A DNA stretch of 56,481 bases from NCBI GenBank assembly GCA_012862495.1, contig BLSG01000091.1, positions 21,675-78,155 of the forward strand, in the 5' to 3' direction. Made by a program: the position numbers and the translations under genes. The notes under the pieces were generated by a model. It was not told the origin of the DNA. It searched no databases and saw only the letters and a program-made list of their open reading frames with translations. Of the stretch, positions 12,119 to 25,778 are shown in pieces (position 1 is the stretch's first letter; the number at the start of each line of letters is the position of its first letter). The stretch is from Thraustochytrium aureum. Lineage: Eukaryota.

Positions 12119-15100
12119 TCAAAACCACTGCAACACGCCGATGCAGTGCAGCGCGTAAATGAAAACCCAGATCACGTTGATGCCTGGCACGAGCAGAAGG
12201 CAAATGTGGATGCTGTGGTTGATCTGGAATTGGCTCTTGCGGTTGTTCTCCACCGCCTCCTCCGTGAGCCCCACAAAGCCCTGGTCAAAGACTTCGATCA
12301 CAACCTCGTTGTCCAGCTCAGTCTCCAACGCGTTCGACGCAACGTGCTGGATCCCCGCGAAAGGATCGTCGCGCTCCGTTTCGTTGCCGCCCTGCGGCGA
12401 CCGCGGCGAGGCTAGCGACATGTCAAACCGCTGAGACTCGAGGTCCGCGCCCGCCGAAGCAAGGCCCCGGCGCTGCTTTTGCCGATCCGCCCCCGCAGCG
12501 CCACCCTCTGTAAAGGACCCCCCGGCCACGGAATCATTCAGCCCGCGCGACGAGGTTTGCGAGATGAGCGTCGCGTTCCAGTTCGAAACATCCATTCGAA
12601 TCGCGCGGCGCCGGCGATCAGTGATAGGCATTGGCGCGAAAAAGCCGTCATCGTCGAACGGCCGCGGGCGGCGAATAGGAAAATACGACTCGCGGAGCGG
12701 GTCGAAAAACTCGGCGCCCTGCTGCAGCGCCTCGAGACTCGTCGTCATGAGTCGCAGCGGCAGACCGAGGTGGCGGACGATTCGGGTACCTTCCAGCAGC
12801 GTGGCGAACGCGCCCGTTATGCGCGAAACAGCCTCTACCGGCGCAGCGACGGAAGTGGCCATGAGACTGGCCACGCCGTCACCCGTTGCGCGCGACCCAG
12901 CCTCAACGCCCCCGCGGCGGAACTCTTGGATGGGGAGCGTCGAAAAGAGGATCGTTGACCCGATAAACCTCTCCACCAGGTGCTGCGGGTTGCCGAGGAT
13001 GTCAAGCGCCGCGATGCCCTTCCAAACCTGCTTGGCCAGCATTTTGCTGTACCGAATGGCGATTGTGTACGCCAAGGAGATGGGGTTCCCGAACAAGTCG
13101 GTTTCGTGCAGGTCTCCGAACCGGATGATGACGTCCGACCATTTCCCAAACCCGGCGAGGAGCCCCTTGACGGGCTTGAGCCCGCTGCTTTGGTACTGGC
13201 TCACGAAATCCGTCCTCCCCGATCTTGAAGAAGAACGAGAGCGTCAGCTTTACCGGGTAGATGTGCAACTCGCGGATGTACACGTTCAGGTAAGTGCGAA
13301 TGATCGTCTCGAGCTCGCGCACCAAGTCGACGCTATGTGCGTACTGCTGAGCAAAGAATTGGTGGACTGGCGAGGCCACGCCGCGCTTCTTGTCGCGGTC
13401 GATCGCGACGAAGGTTTCCCCGTTCGCGTTGTCCTCGATCAGCACAACCGCGCTTGAGCGTTTTCCGCCAAACGTCGCCGAAACAGCGTTGCGCGCCTTC
13501 GAGACGGTCACCTGCAGCTCGCCGTAGTTTTCGATGACGCCCTCGGCGACGCGGAGAAGCGAATCGATGAACTTTTCGTCGATATCGACAACAAGGCTCT
13601 GCAAAACAGTCTGGAACGTCTCCACGCTCACGACGTTCAAGCTCAGCTCGTTCAGGCAGCAGTAAACTTCCAAAAAGTTGACGTCCTTCACAACCGGTGT
13701 GACGCAGATGCGATTTTGCACAAGGGGCTGGTTGTTGTCCACCTGGAACCACTTCAAACGTAAAGTCACCGCGGTAAACCCCCCTTGCTGCAGCTGTACG
13801 CCCAAGTCGATCCCGCTCAAGCGAAAGTACAGATCCTCGTGCCTCTTCGTGCCGTTGATGATCGAGAGCCCCACACCAGCGAGGCGCGCCCGCAGCATGC
13901 GCGGAACCCGCCTTGCCCCGTCCGACATGTTGGACAGCAAGTACAGCTCAAATCGAATCTGCGGCGCCCCTCCGCCCCATGCCACTGACCCGGGAGGCGG
14001 CAGCAGGTTCACCCACCCTGGTGTGATCCGCGCGATGTCGCGCGAGTCGTAAAACTCGCTCGCCACGTTGACCTGAAAGCTGCCGACGAGGTCGTTCCGC
14101 CGTTCCCCCTTCCCACCGGCGCTGAGAGGCTGGACCAGATCGAAGCGAACGTACTTGGGCTTTGTAACGTCAAAACCAAACCGGTAAGGCGGGTGCACCC
14201 AGCGCACCGTTCCAACTGGTCGACCGGCGTGGACCTGGCGCCCGCCCCACTCCTCGTCGTCGACGCCGCCGCGCTCGTCCTCCTCCTCGAGAGGCCCAAA
14301 CCCGTCGCTGCCGAACTGCGAAGCCCCAAGTTCGCCGTTTGGTGTGGTGTAGGCGCTATTCGGACCGCAGCTCACGACAACCCTTGGCGTGTCGACGGGC
14401 ACGCCGCGCGGCACGCCGACGTTGCGTGCACCTAGGACGCGCGCCACCACCACGTACTGGTGATCAAATACCAAGTCGTCGTCTATGGCCGCTGCCGCAG
14501 CATTCCGAACAGCCACCTCGGACAAAGAGCCCGCCGCCTCTCGGCCAGCGCTGGGCATCGGCTCCGCGGACGAGGCCGAGGGCGCGCCTTTCGCCACCGC
14601 GCTCGTCTCACCTTCAGGGCCCTCATTGGAAGCAAGATAGGCCGCCGCAGCGGCCATGCTCTCCTCGTTCGCAGATTCCCCTGAAACCACGATTAGCCTC
14701 GACGACCCGAGCACACGCACCTCGACGTGCATTTCCGAGTGACCGAAGCTGACGCTCCGAAGCTTGCCGACCTTGTTCAGTCTGTACGCGTGCGAGAGCT
14801 CGTCTGGAACCGCGACGGCGAAGCGGTTGAAGCGCTGATGGAGCTTGGATTTGTCCTCTTGGTCTAGCATTGTGCGGATCATCACTCGCTTTGCAGGGTC
14901 GCTCGGGTCGACCCAGCCTAGCGGCAGAGTGACCCCAGGGTTGAGCGCGATTTCGTGCCGACCAAACTCACTCGAGTTGTCCTTTTCGCACTGGTGAAAA
15001 ATCACGACGCGGTTCGACTCGTTGATCACCAGGTACGTCGAGGGGTCGTCGTTCANNNNNNNNNNNNNNNNNNNNNNNNNNNNNNNNNNNNNNNNNNNNN

Positions 15101-18100
15101 NNNNNNNNNNNNNNNNNNNNNNNNNNNNNNNNNNNNNNNNNNNNNNNNNNNNNNNNNNNNNNNNNNNNNNNNNNNNNNNNNNNNNNNNNNNNNNNNNNNN
15201 NNNNNNNNNNNNNNNNNNNNNNCTTTGGGTTCCGTCGGTGTCGAAAAGACTCAATGGCAGGCTCACGAAAGAGTCTTTGAATGTCTCGCTGTCGAGGTTG
15301 ATGATCCCAGACCAATCCGTGATCGGAAAGCTCTCTCCAGCAGCCTGCCTCAATGTTGATGATCCGGCGGCTCGGGCGCTCGCGGCGCTCGGCGTTACAG
15401 AGCGCCCGCCGACGGTACGAGGGGTGCGGGGGCTGCGAGCACCAGCCCGCTCGCTCCGACTGTCGCCGCCCACGTCCTGCCCTCGATCGCTGTCATCGTC
15501 AAAATGGGGCACGCCCTCTCCCTCCTCGAGCAAGGGCGTGTACCGCAATCGGACCTGCAGCTCCATGCACCCATAGTGCCACGGTTGCTTTTCCCTCCCT
15601 GGCCGAACCCGACACGTTCCTAGGCGCTGGAATGAGCCCTGCGGGCGCACCTCCAGGCTCAGTTTGGTCCGGTTCGAGAGGTACACGGAGTGGAACAGGC
15701 GCACCACCTTGGTTCGAAGGAAAGGCGGCGCCGGCGGCGACGTGGCCAGGGCAAACAGGCTCGAGTTCACCAACGTGCGCCCCCCAACCATGTCCTTGAA
15801 CTTGATCGTCGCTATGGCGCTCGTTGCCGAAACCTCCACCAAGTTGGAGGTCAGCCGCCCGTACCTCTTGAGCGAGAGCATGTACGGGTCCGGCATCGAC
15901 GGCAGCAACACGCTGTGCCTCGGGTCGACCACGAACAGCTGCTGATGCTGCACATGCTGCTGCGACTGCGACTGCGGGACCACGCCTAAACCCGTCGACA
16001 ATGTGTTCCCCACGTCGCAACGCTGCACAATTGCAGGCACGTTCGACTCGTTCACAAACCAACCGTCGGCCCAGACGGTGATCCTAAACCCCGTGTCAAC
16101 CGCGTTCGAAATGGTCGCGTGAAGCTCCACCGGTGGGCGCCGCTGGTCGTGTCGCTTGAGCAGTGCGATCCAGGGCTCGAAATCTCGCGGCGCGGAGGGG
16201 TCCTTACCCAGCAGACGCGTGTCTGCGTACGAGACGCGCTCGTCAACTTTCTCCTCCGGGGGCGTCCCCGCTGGGGAGACCTGAGCGTTCGGCGAAGCTC
16301 GAAGGCGGGCGATGTTGAGCGTCTTGGCCGCGCTTCGTCGAAAGATCTGAGACACTGATTCGCGCTTGGACTTCTCTCGTGGCTCCATGTCTTCGCTTTC
16401 CTCACTCTCCTCTTCGGAGAAGTCAACGTCACCCAGGTCGACATCGCTCCCCCACTCCGAGAGCATGTCAAACTCCTCCGTGTCGGTGGCTGGCTCGACG
16501 TCCCGCATGTGGCTTAGGTCGTTTTCTTCTGCATTGCCCTCGTCGTTCTCCAGCATGTTGCCCGCGTCCCCGGTATCGATTCTGCCGATTGGGCCCAGAG
16601 CGCCAGGCACAGGGAGGGCCCCCCACCCAGCGCCAGAGTCGGTGGGCTTGGACCGCGTCATGATGCGAACGTCGACGTCCACATGGCCGCAGATTGTCGC
16701 TCTGTCGAGCGTGTGGTACTGCTCGTCCACGCGATACAACGCGATACGCGAGAACCGCTTGCGCAGCGAATATTGGGGCGCCCGAATGTGGAAATCGAAG
16801 AGTAGGCTCGTCAAATCCAAACTCGTTGCGCAGAGAATGCGGGCATTCTTGTGAACGAACGGCCCTCCGCCCGAGGTAGGCACCTCCACGTACTGGAGAA
16901 ACAGCGTTTTGGGCACGGTGGGGAGTTTTGGGTGAGCGCGCTGCACGGCGAAATTCAGGGTCTCCTCCCAGGCGACCCAACGTTGCGGCGATGCGGCTGA
17001 CGCCGTTTCAGAAGTGCGCTCGGTCCGCGTCGAGAGTACGTTTTGGTTGAACATCACCGTCATTCGCCGCAAGTCGCTGGGTCCCGCGACCTCGAAGAGC
17101 CCAGTGGGCGCCACGCGCGTCGCCGCCGCACCGGGCCTTGCAGAGGCGTTCTCCTCAACGTCGAGGATGCGAACCGAGAGCATGCTTGTGAAGCTTGTGT
17201 CCCGAATCGTGTCCGCGTGCATACACCGCGCCACAGGAAACAAAAACTCGCTTTCGTACGCGTTGAGCGAGGCACTCGAAACGACAACGTTTGCCCTGAC
17301 GCGCCCCATCTCAGAGACGATTTTTGCCGCTCCCTCTTGCTCGGATTCGCTTTCATTGGACGACATCCCGGCGCTCGTTCTGGACCCACCTGATTTGCGC
17401 AGCCGAGGCCCGGAGCTCTGGTGCTTTGCAGAGAACTTTTCTGTCTGCCGGGCAGCAGGTTACTCTCACTTTCTTCTCCTGCTTTGGGGGCGATCGGAGC
17501 CTTGGCCTGCTGCATGCGCTTGATACTGTCCAGGTGCGGGCCGAGCGTGGCTGCTCCGCACTCGGCCCGCGAAAAAGTGCCGACGTGCTCGGCGATCCCG
17601 CGCGGAGCGAGGTTTTTCAGCGGCAGGGGCATGCTCCACTCGGTGTCTTCGCTAGGAAGCTTGAGCTGGACGGCCACAATGTGGGTGTCCTCGCAAACAA
17701 AGCGCCCACCTGAAGGGATAAGCTTCGCGTTGGAGCGCTTGGCGCCCCCTCTCGTAGTGCTTTGTACGATGGGCATCACGAGCATCGAAATGGGCAGGTT
17801 GTTGAAGATGGAAAACATCGGCTTGAGCACGATCTGGACGGCACGCAAGGTGCGCAAGCGCTCGTGCCGCTTGCGAAGACGACGCAAGTTATGCGCCCTA
17901 GAACGGAAGCGCTGCGAGAGGCCACGGGACCACTTGGGGCGCAGCTCTCTGATCTTGCTCATGGTGATCGCGTCTGTGTTCGTGCCAGCCAAGTTGCACT
18001 CCGCCATCGACTCGAGGGTGAGAAACTCGTACTCTATCGCGCACATGAACGACCCAACGCGCAGCACATAGGTATCACCCTCAAAGGGTATTTTGTCAAG

Positions 18101-21100
18101 GTGTACGGAGAGCAGTGCGCCAGACCCTGGCTGGAAGCTGCCGCCAAAGCTGGCAGTGCCGCGCGAGTCAAGGCCAGCCATGTCCTCGCCTTCGTCCATT
18201 TCGGACTCGTTAATACTGTGCAGCGCCGAGCGCGACGCAGGCACAGCGGCTGAGGGCTCGCCGGTTATCACTGCGGCAGTGCGTACCTCGTAGTTGAACG
18301 CAAGCTTTGTGTCCGTCATGACCAATGGGCAAAACACAGTCTTCAGAACAGGAAGCGGCTGCAGGAACGCGTCCCCGTCGCACTCGCGCGCAAGCCACAC
18401 GTCCTCGCCCGTTCGGTTGGCCACCGAGACGGCGCTCAGGAGCTTGATCTTGCGCACAACCCCATTTCGCGTCCCAATCGTCACCCGCAGCGTGTTTCCG
18501 TTGCCGAGCCGCACCGCGTAGTCGCCAACCCGATCAACCCGGAGGAGGTATGTCTGGAACGACTTGTCGTAGTGCTCAAACTTGACACGGATGAAGCAGC
18601 GCATGCCCACTTCGTGGCGAAAGTTGCGCAGGGCCTTGTCCCTCGCCTCGCCCTCGCTGATCCTGTTTATGGTCGGCAGCATGGCGTCCTCGATGTACGG
18701 AGAATCTTCGCGGGCGCCTGCGTCCGCAGTTTCCCAAAACGCCAGCTCCATGCGCTCGCCGTCGGTGAGCACGTCGAAGTCGTCCTCTAACGACCAGGTC
18801 GTCTCCACGCCAAATGGCGTCGAGCCAGTGGCGTCGGCGGCGTCCACTTGCTGATCCCCCTTTTGCAGGTAGATCGTTTCCCCGGTGAAGTTCCAGATCT
18901 CGAACTGGTGCTGGTGCTTGCTGTCCTCGTCGATGCGCGGGTAAAAATTGGTCACAATGCGCCCGTTCGTGTCGTCAAGAAACTTGACACCAGAAATGAA
19001 GAGGTCCACCAGCGCGCTCACAAACTCGGCGGAGAGGTCGATCTCCAAAATCTCCTCGGCGAGCGCGCCGGCGCCGCGGAATTGGACCCCGGAGAGCCCG
19101 AGCTGAATGTCCTCGAGCACACAAGTTGCGTCAACGCGCCACGGCTCCAGCACAGGCTGCCAGCCCGCTTTAGAGGAGTTGAAGAACGCGAGGGCGGTCT
19201 CGACAGAACTCTTCACATTCGGCTCGTCCCACTTGGCAACCACCGCGACGTCGAAGCGAAGCACGGGCAGGTCGTCCTGGCCCACAATCAAGGTAAACGA
19301 AAACTGAGAGTCTCGGACTCGGTAAGACAACGACGAAACGATGGGTACGCTGAACGGGAACTGCACGATCGGTTGCCTCGACGCAACAAAGCCGAGCTCG
19401 GGGGGTGGTGCCGCAGACTCGCCCTCGTCGTTCTCCGCGTCCGTCGCCCCGCGCGGGCTCTCTGCGCCGGCTTCGTCGGCGAAATCCGTGTTGAGGCTGC
19501 GCCCCGAAATCGACGATCTGAGGCGGAAGCTCTTGTTGCTGTTCCGTCGCAACGCGTCAGCACTCGAGGCTTGCTGGGGAAGTTTCGGTTCGATCCCCAA
19601 CCCGCCAGGTATGCCGAGTCCAGGAGTCTCCAACGCAGGTTCAGTGGGAGGCTTGGATGGAGCCAAGCCCTGGAGGCTCGGCGGCAGTTCGAACGCCAGT
19701 ATCTCCGTCAGCTGCTCCTCCAGCGCAGCGAAGTCGTTGGCAAAATTTGCGAAGACGGCGAAGAAGAGCGCCATGTCAAGGACCCAAAAGTAGCACACGA
19801 TAGGGTCCACTTCCACGTCAAGCGACACGATCCCGTGCTGGGGGTCCAACGCTCGATATTGCCAGTCGACGCGCGCCGAGAGATTTGTGAGGATGCGGTG
19901 TGTTGGCTTCCACGCCGAGTCGGTCGCGCTATCGACGTTAAGAACAAGTTTGCCGCCGCTCTCTTTGGATAGACCCAGGATGCCGATCGCGCTCGGCCGC
20001 TCAGAAGACGACGAGCGGTGCTGTCGCAAGCGGACGGACTCGATGGTCTCGGGCTGGGGGTTCCCGCACGCCTCGCTGACGCTCTGGCGCCCCTTGCGGC
20101 TCAACCTGCAGAGGCCGAAAACAGCTCTCACCTTGGCAGCCAGCTTTTCGCGGTTGATATCGGCCTCAATCTCGTACGCCCCGCTCACAACAAGCTCGAA
20201 GAAAAAGTTGCGGCTTCCGAAGGTAGCGTCGAGGTTTTCGCCGAGGTAGACGCTCAGGGCGACGTCGGCCTGGATCGAGCTCGACTTGAAGGCGACGCAC
20301 GGGAGTGGCGGGAGCTCGATAAGCTTGGCGAGAGGCATAATCCCGCCGAGCAGCGCAGGTATAGTGTACTGCAGGGCCGGCGTTTCAAGCGCCCATTCAC
20401 GCAAAACGATGTGCATGCTGAAGCGGCTCGCCAGCTCTCGCGGTGGCTGGACAGCGTGCCGCTGGTTCACATTCCAATTGTAGGCCCATTTGTACGGGAT
20501 GCAGATGCGCGCTTGGAGCATGGGACGAAGGTGCTCCGCGCCTTGGGTGGCAAAGTCAGTGTTGCGAAAGTTGTTCCGGGTCAAGACGGGGCGATCCGGG
20601 TTGCCGTCGTCCATGAGACCAAGTGAGCCAACCGTCACAGAGCAGACCATGGCAACCACATTTTCGCCCGCAAAGTCGTGCGTCGGTCTGTGCGAGGCCA
20701 CGGTTACCTTGGCGTTGGTTACAACCACCGTGGTGACACTGTGCGCCTCTTGGCGCTTGCCCTCTTTAAAAGCAGAGACTGACCCGCTTCCCCAGGAAAA
20801 TCCTGCTTTGGCGTGCAGCAGTTCAACCCGACCGGTCAGAATGAATGGCAACGAGTCCGAGGTGACAATCGTGTAGGGGTCGGGCTCGCGAGCCTCGGAC
20901 GCGCTACTCGCGATGCTCTCCAGCCGGACCCGGTTTTCGCTCGTGGTGTCTGCGGCGTGGACGCGACGAACGAATCCCGGGTCAGCGCCTGTCGACGTCG
21001 CAACCGCGGCAGACTCGCGGATACGGTCAACGTAACTGAACGACGGCCCCATCGCGCTTGCACTGTCGAGAAAGCTGGATTGGTCGGCGTTGCCCAACGC

Positions 21101-23931
21101 GCCGCGTTCGCCTCCCCGCGTCTCCTCCATCGCGTAGGCCGCTTTGAGCCGTGTTAGAACAAACATGAACTGCCATCGTGAGAAGAGTACCGTGAGGTGC
21201 GTGAGGCGCAGCATCACGTGCACGCGGATTTGGGTCTCTTCCGTGGGTTGCGAGAGGAGCGCGGCGATACTGGGGTCTGAGACCGCGCTGCGGATTCCGC
21301 ACCTGACGGCGCAGGCGACTGGACGGGGCGAGTTGCGAGCGTGATGCGGCGCCACAGCGCGGCGCGGTCCATGACGAGCATGGCATGCGTCCCAGCGTTG
21401 ATGCGCAGCAAGTCGGTTGTGTGAACCTCGACGGCCTTGTTCTTAAGCGAAGACATGCCGTCTCCAGCTGTGCCAGTCTCAAGCGTGGCCACTGTCTTCA
21501 CGACGAGCTTGCCCATCAAAAAGTCGACCCAAAGCGTTGGGCAGCGGCCCCATTCGTGTACCTGGCGCGGAACAAGCGTCGCACTTCGCTCGATCCGCGG
21601 CGGGTGGCGCACGAGCTTCCCCAAGGAGACGAGAAGCGAGCCTTGGCCATTTGGCAGGTCGAGCCAGCGAACTATGCCGCCAACTCGGCCAAAGTCGCGG
21701 GAGCGCTCGCGAACAGACACCGTCGCGAGCTTTCGGTCGCGGCCAATGTCGAAGGCTAGCCAAACTTCGAAGGCAACCGTGACGACCTGCGGTTCGTCGA
21801 TACCGGGGTCTTCGAAGCCGCAAACGAAGTTCCACACCGGATCCCTCGAGCTCGAGTAAGTCCGCGTTTTGGCGGATCCGCCCTGATAGCGAACCACGAC
21901 AAACGCCGCGCCCTTGGTCCCACCAAGTCCGCGCGCCTCGAGGACTCGGACTTTGAGACCGTCCGCGTGGTCAGGGGTCCAGGTTTTCGCTTCCATTGCG
22001 GTGTCGTCGATCGGAGTTCTGGCCTCGAGCTGCGCCGCGGAGTTGTCCTTAATTGAGAGCGCTGCGTTTGACAACTCCAAAATGCACATGCTGTCGCTAA
22101 ACTTGGACAGGGAGATGTTTGCAACTACGCCGTCGAGGAAGACGTCGACGTCAACCGAAGGCTGGAAGGGCAGGCCTGGGGAGAATTTGTCCTCCGCGGC
22201 AGACGCAGAACCCGCCTCACTCTTGCTTTCTGCGCTCAGGGTAGCTGATTCCTCGCTCTGCACAGTTGCGGCGGCCACACCGACATGGATCGAATTCGGT
22301 TTTTCGGCGTCCACCGACACAGCCGCGGCAGCGACAGCAGTTGCTGGCCCGCGCGGTGCTGGCTCGCCTAGAGGGCGAATGCCTGCTTCGGCAAGCTGGA
22401 TCTGGGCCAACGTGAGCATTCGAACGAAGCTCGGTCTGTGGGAGGTCGGGCTCGCGGCCGGGGCGCGCTCGTCGTCTTGGATATCGAGCGGGTGCTGGCC
22501 GTAGCGGCCAATCGTGTGAGTTGAGGCGCCGGACGGAGATCCAACGCTTCGGCGCGGCGTTCTTGCGGATCGGCGGCAATCTTCGGTTGGGGAGAGGCTC
22601 ACCGAACGGCCGGTTCGCGCTGTTTGGTGATTTGAGCGGAGCGACTCGTGCCTGGGCTGCGCCGACGCGAGGTGATTCCGAAGCTCAAACTCGTCGAGAA
22701 CCTGGGACCAGATCGGGATGAGGTCCTCGAGGTGGATGGTCGCCTCCGCAAGTTGAAGGTCCGCGAGGAGGCTCCGCTTGCGCTTCGCGCCGAGGCGCGC
22801 GCCGCCGAGGTACAGCCCAACGCAATTCGCGTAGAGCGCGCGGTAGGCTTCGCAGCGAGCGCGGTGCTCCTCGTGGCTCATTGTGTCCTTAGCATTGACA
22901 GCGTCCATCTTGGCCACCTTGTCGTTGACCTTGTCCTTCCAGAGGTCGTACTCGGAGATCATCTGCTCTATCGTTAGTGCAAAGTTGGGGTGGATGTTGA
23001 CGCGAACCGTGCTGAGGAAAACTGCAAGCTTGAGCCTCGGCCGGAAGGAGCGCGCACCCTTTTCGGGCCAGTAGTCCTCCAGGCGGATTTGAACAGCGAG
23101 CATAAAGGGGTCCACCAGCCAGGTGTGCGGAACGAAAGTGACCAACTCGCTGGGTACCTGGCGCGTCTGACCGGCGACCGTCTTGCTGAACGGCACAACC
23201 TTTGCCCGCGGCGCATCCCTGTCGACGTAGCACCCGAAGCGGTTGAGCCGCAGCAGCTTTAAAAACTTGGTCGGGTCGTTGCCGACGCTGGGCTCCCACA
23301 ACTCGATTGCGTCCTCGAGGTCGAGGCTCTGCAGGCAGACCCCGATTGCGTTGCAGCGCGAAACGTCTTCGAGGCGCTGCTCGAGGCGGAGATGAATGTT
23401 GCCGACGTGGACCTTGACATTCTTTATCAGGTTTCGAACAAAGGTTGGGATTGCGGGCAGTTTGAGTTCCGGGTCGTGAGCCCCGCCCTCGGTACTCGCG
23501 GCCTCGTCATCGTCGCTGCTCGCGCTGTCTTCGTCCTGGCGACCGTCTGAGCCGTCCTTGCCAGAGCTCCCCGAAAGCGCAGCTTCGAGGCTTCTTCGGA
23601 TTGCGTTTTTTTGGGATTTGAGGCGCCCAACCAGGTCCTCCCTGGAAACGTCGTTGTCTTCCTTCATCTCGAGCACGATCGAGACATCTTCGATGTACAC
23701 GCTGGTTGGCTTGGACCCTAGGTGGAATAACGGCAGGGAGATGACGACGCGACCAAGGATGCCTTGCACGACCTTGCAGGGAAAGGAGCTCGGTATGGCA
23801 TCCTTGCGCAGCTGGACGTTTTCGAGAGCCACGGTCTTGCCGCTGCTGAATACGTTCAGCACGAGCGAGAAGTCGGTTTCCACGTATTTCGAGAGCGCCT
23901 TCACGATCTCGCGCTTCACGAAGAACTCCAT
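12119..23931 (-). CDS. VPS13: VPS13-family bridge-like lipid transfer protein (~3,900 aa) with C2-like insertions
   Basis: Chorein_N at the start (MEFFVKREIVKALSKYV...VALENVQLRKDA...G.LGRVVISLP...LGSKPTSVYIEDV). WQPVLEPW motif, VAB-like repeats (IFNNLP, LSNRT, VINES..LGWVDP) and VPS13_C motifs (LAGVGLSIIN, FQVDNNQ, IYPVKLTLSF, DILGNP). Four ORFs joined by homopolymer indels at ~21275, ~17438 and ~13218; spans gap 15056-15222. Confidence 0.88.
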
Positions 23932-25384
23932 GGTGCGGGGCACTCGCACCGGGCCGCTTCTCGCCTAGTTCTACACTCGCACCGGGCCGCCCCGCTCCGC
24001 GTCTTGCCCTCCGCAGAGCTGGCAGCAAGTGCGTCGCAGTCACAGTCTGGCGCAGCAGCCCTTGCCAGTGCGGACCGCGACGCAGCGCCGCCGCCTGGTG
24101 AGGCGGAAATCGGCGCGCCCAGCCGTCCGACCCGATCCTTCAGCAAGTTGGGCAGCCACTATGCAGTGCTGCTCGTGCCGGGAGCGTGGCCGCCGCCTCC
24201 CGCCGGGCACCGCACCGCCTCCGCTCCTCGGATAGAAACCGCCAAACTGGGACACCGCCGACAAGCCAAATGGTTGAGAATTCCTTCCGCGTTCCTTGGT
24301 CGGCGGGTCCACTCGGCGGGCCCACTCGAAGTCGCGCCTTCTGGCACCAACAGCACTGCCGCGGCCGCGCCAGGAGCCCGTTCGCGGCTCCGCGAGCAAG
24401 CCGGTCAGCGCCTTTGCGCCGCGCGGCGCGCGAGCGAAGACGGATGATGATCTGAACTGATGTGTCGCCTTCCTTGTTCACTGCGCGAATCGTGTGTGGT
24501 CGGTCCTCTGTGGTCGGTTGGTCCTCGTCGTGGAGCGCCGTGCGACTTGCTGCGCTGCGCACTCCTGTTGAGCAGCTTGCCCCCGCTGGCAATGGGATGG
24601 AGAGCGCGCCCGATGCGGTCGGGCTTCTGGTCAGCCTCTTGCTGTGCTGCCTCGTGTTTGGCCGTGACGGCAGCGACGGGTCGCTCATGTCGTGGAGCAC
24701 CGTGCGAAAGCAACCAAGTAGAGAGAGTGCTCTACTCCTCGTCAAGCTGTTCTGCGCGCAAATGTGAATCAAATCCATTGGATTCACGCCAACAAATCCC
24801 AATGGAATGGTGCGCGCCGGTCGGGATCTCTGTCCAGCCTCTCGCTGGGCATGCTCCACGAAGTCTCGTGGCCGTGGCGGCGGCGAAAGGGCCCAATGCC
24901 TGAAGCGACAGCCGACTCTGGCTAGACCACAGGAGACGACACGCGTCCTCCTTCAGAACAGTGCTCGCCCTCATCGTCTGATCCACAGGCACCAGCCTCA
25001 TCATCTTCAGCAAGGAAAGTAGGCCTATCACATCACATGGCGAGGCCTGGACGCTCGTGACTCGCTCTCGTCACACTACCCCCGCCCGTGCCGCAGTTCG
25101 TGATCGAGCCTGCCTCCTGTTCACCGCATCGACTCTCTGGTTTCGGCCGCAGAGGGTCATTCGAGGCTCAATCGAGGGCGGGACAGTTCGCAAGAGCGTG
25201 ATTCGAGGTGGGCTCGGCAGGGGACTGCGGCGTGGGCGCGCCACGTTTGAAACATCTGTTGGGAGGGCAGAGAGACAGAGAGCGAGACGACCAACCCAGG
25301 CACCTGACTGCGGCGGGCAACGCGGGTCGGAGCTGCGCGACCGCGGCTGTGGGCGTAGCGGGGGCCGACCTTTGCACCGCCTCA

Positions 25385-25452
25385 GCCAGGCAGGCAGGCC
25401 GGCGCAGGCAGGCAGGGTGCCAGGCAGGCAGGCAGGCAGGCTGGCTGGCAGG
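25385..25452 (+). repeat. Imperfect (GCAG)n / (GCTG)n tetranucleotide microsatellite
   Basis: GGCAGGCAGGCAGGCAGG-type tracts; related tracts at ~8765-8785 (GCCT) and ~48627-48654 (GCTT). Confidence 0.8.
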
Positions 25453-25778
25453 CTGTGTCGGCGACTGACTGGGACGACGGCGGACTTGACCAGCCAGCCA
25501 GCCGAGGCGCGGACGGCAAGCCAGTGGCGCCTTTGGCGCTCGCCGAGCAAGGGCTGCTGACGGGCAAGGCGCCGCGCAGGCCGCCGGCACCGACGTACTG
25601 GCTGGGAGCCCGCTGGGCAGGGGCCTGGGTTCGTTGTCGTGAGACTGGTGGTCGCTCGCCCCTTGCTTGGTCTGGCGCACGCCTGGCCTCGGTCTGCCGA
25701 GGTCGGCTTGGGCGCCGGCCGCTCGCGCAGGCGTGAATCGGTAATTGATTGAATTTTGGCTGGGCCCTCACGGGTACG

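Noticed and set aside
21277..21302. Possible 26-nt GT-AG micro-intron that would also fix the VPS13 frame
   Set aside because: All supported introns here are 65-146 nt, most with clear branch sites; a one-base loss in the adjacent 4-base run explains it as at the other sites.
23950..25750. Several 100-240 aa ORFs between VPS13 and the Cys-rich gene
   Set aside because: No recognisable motifs, Arg/Ala/Ser-rich GC-driven composition and microsatellites; treated as divergent intergenic/UTR sequence, although an orphan gene cannot be excluded.
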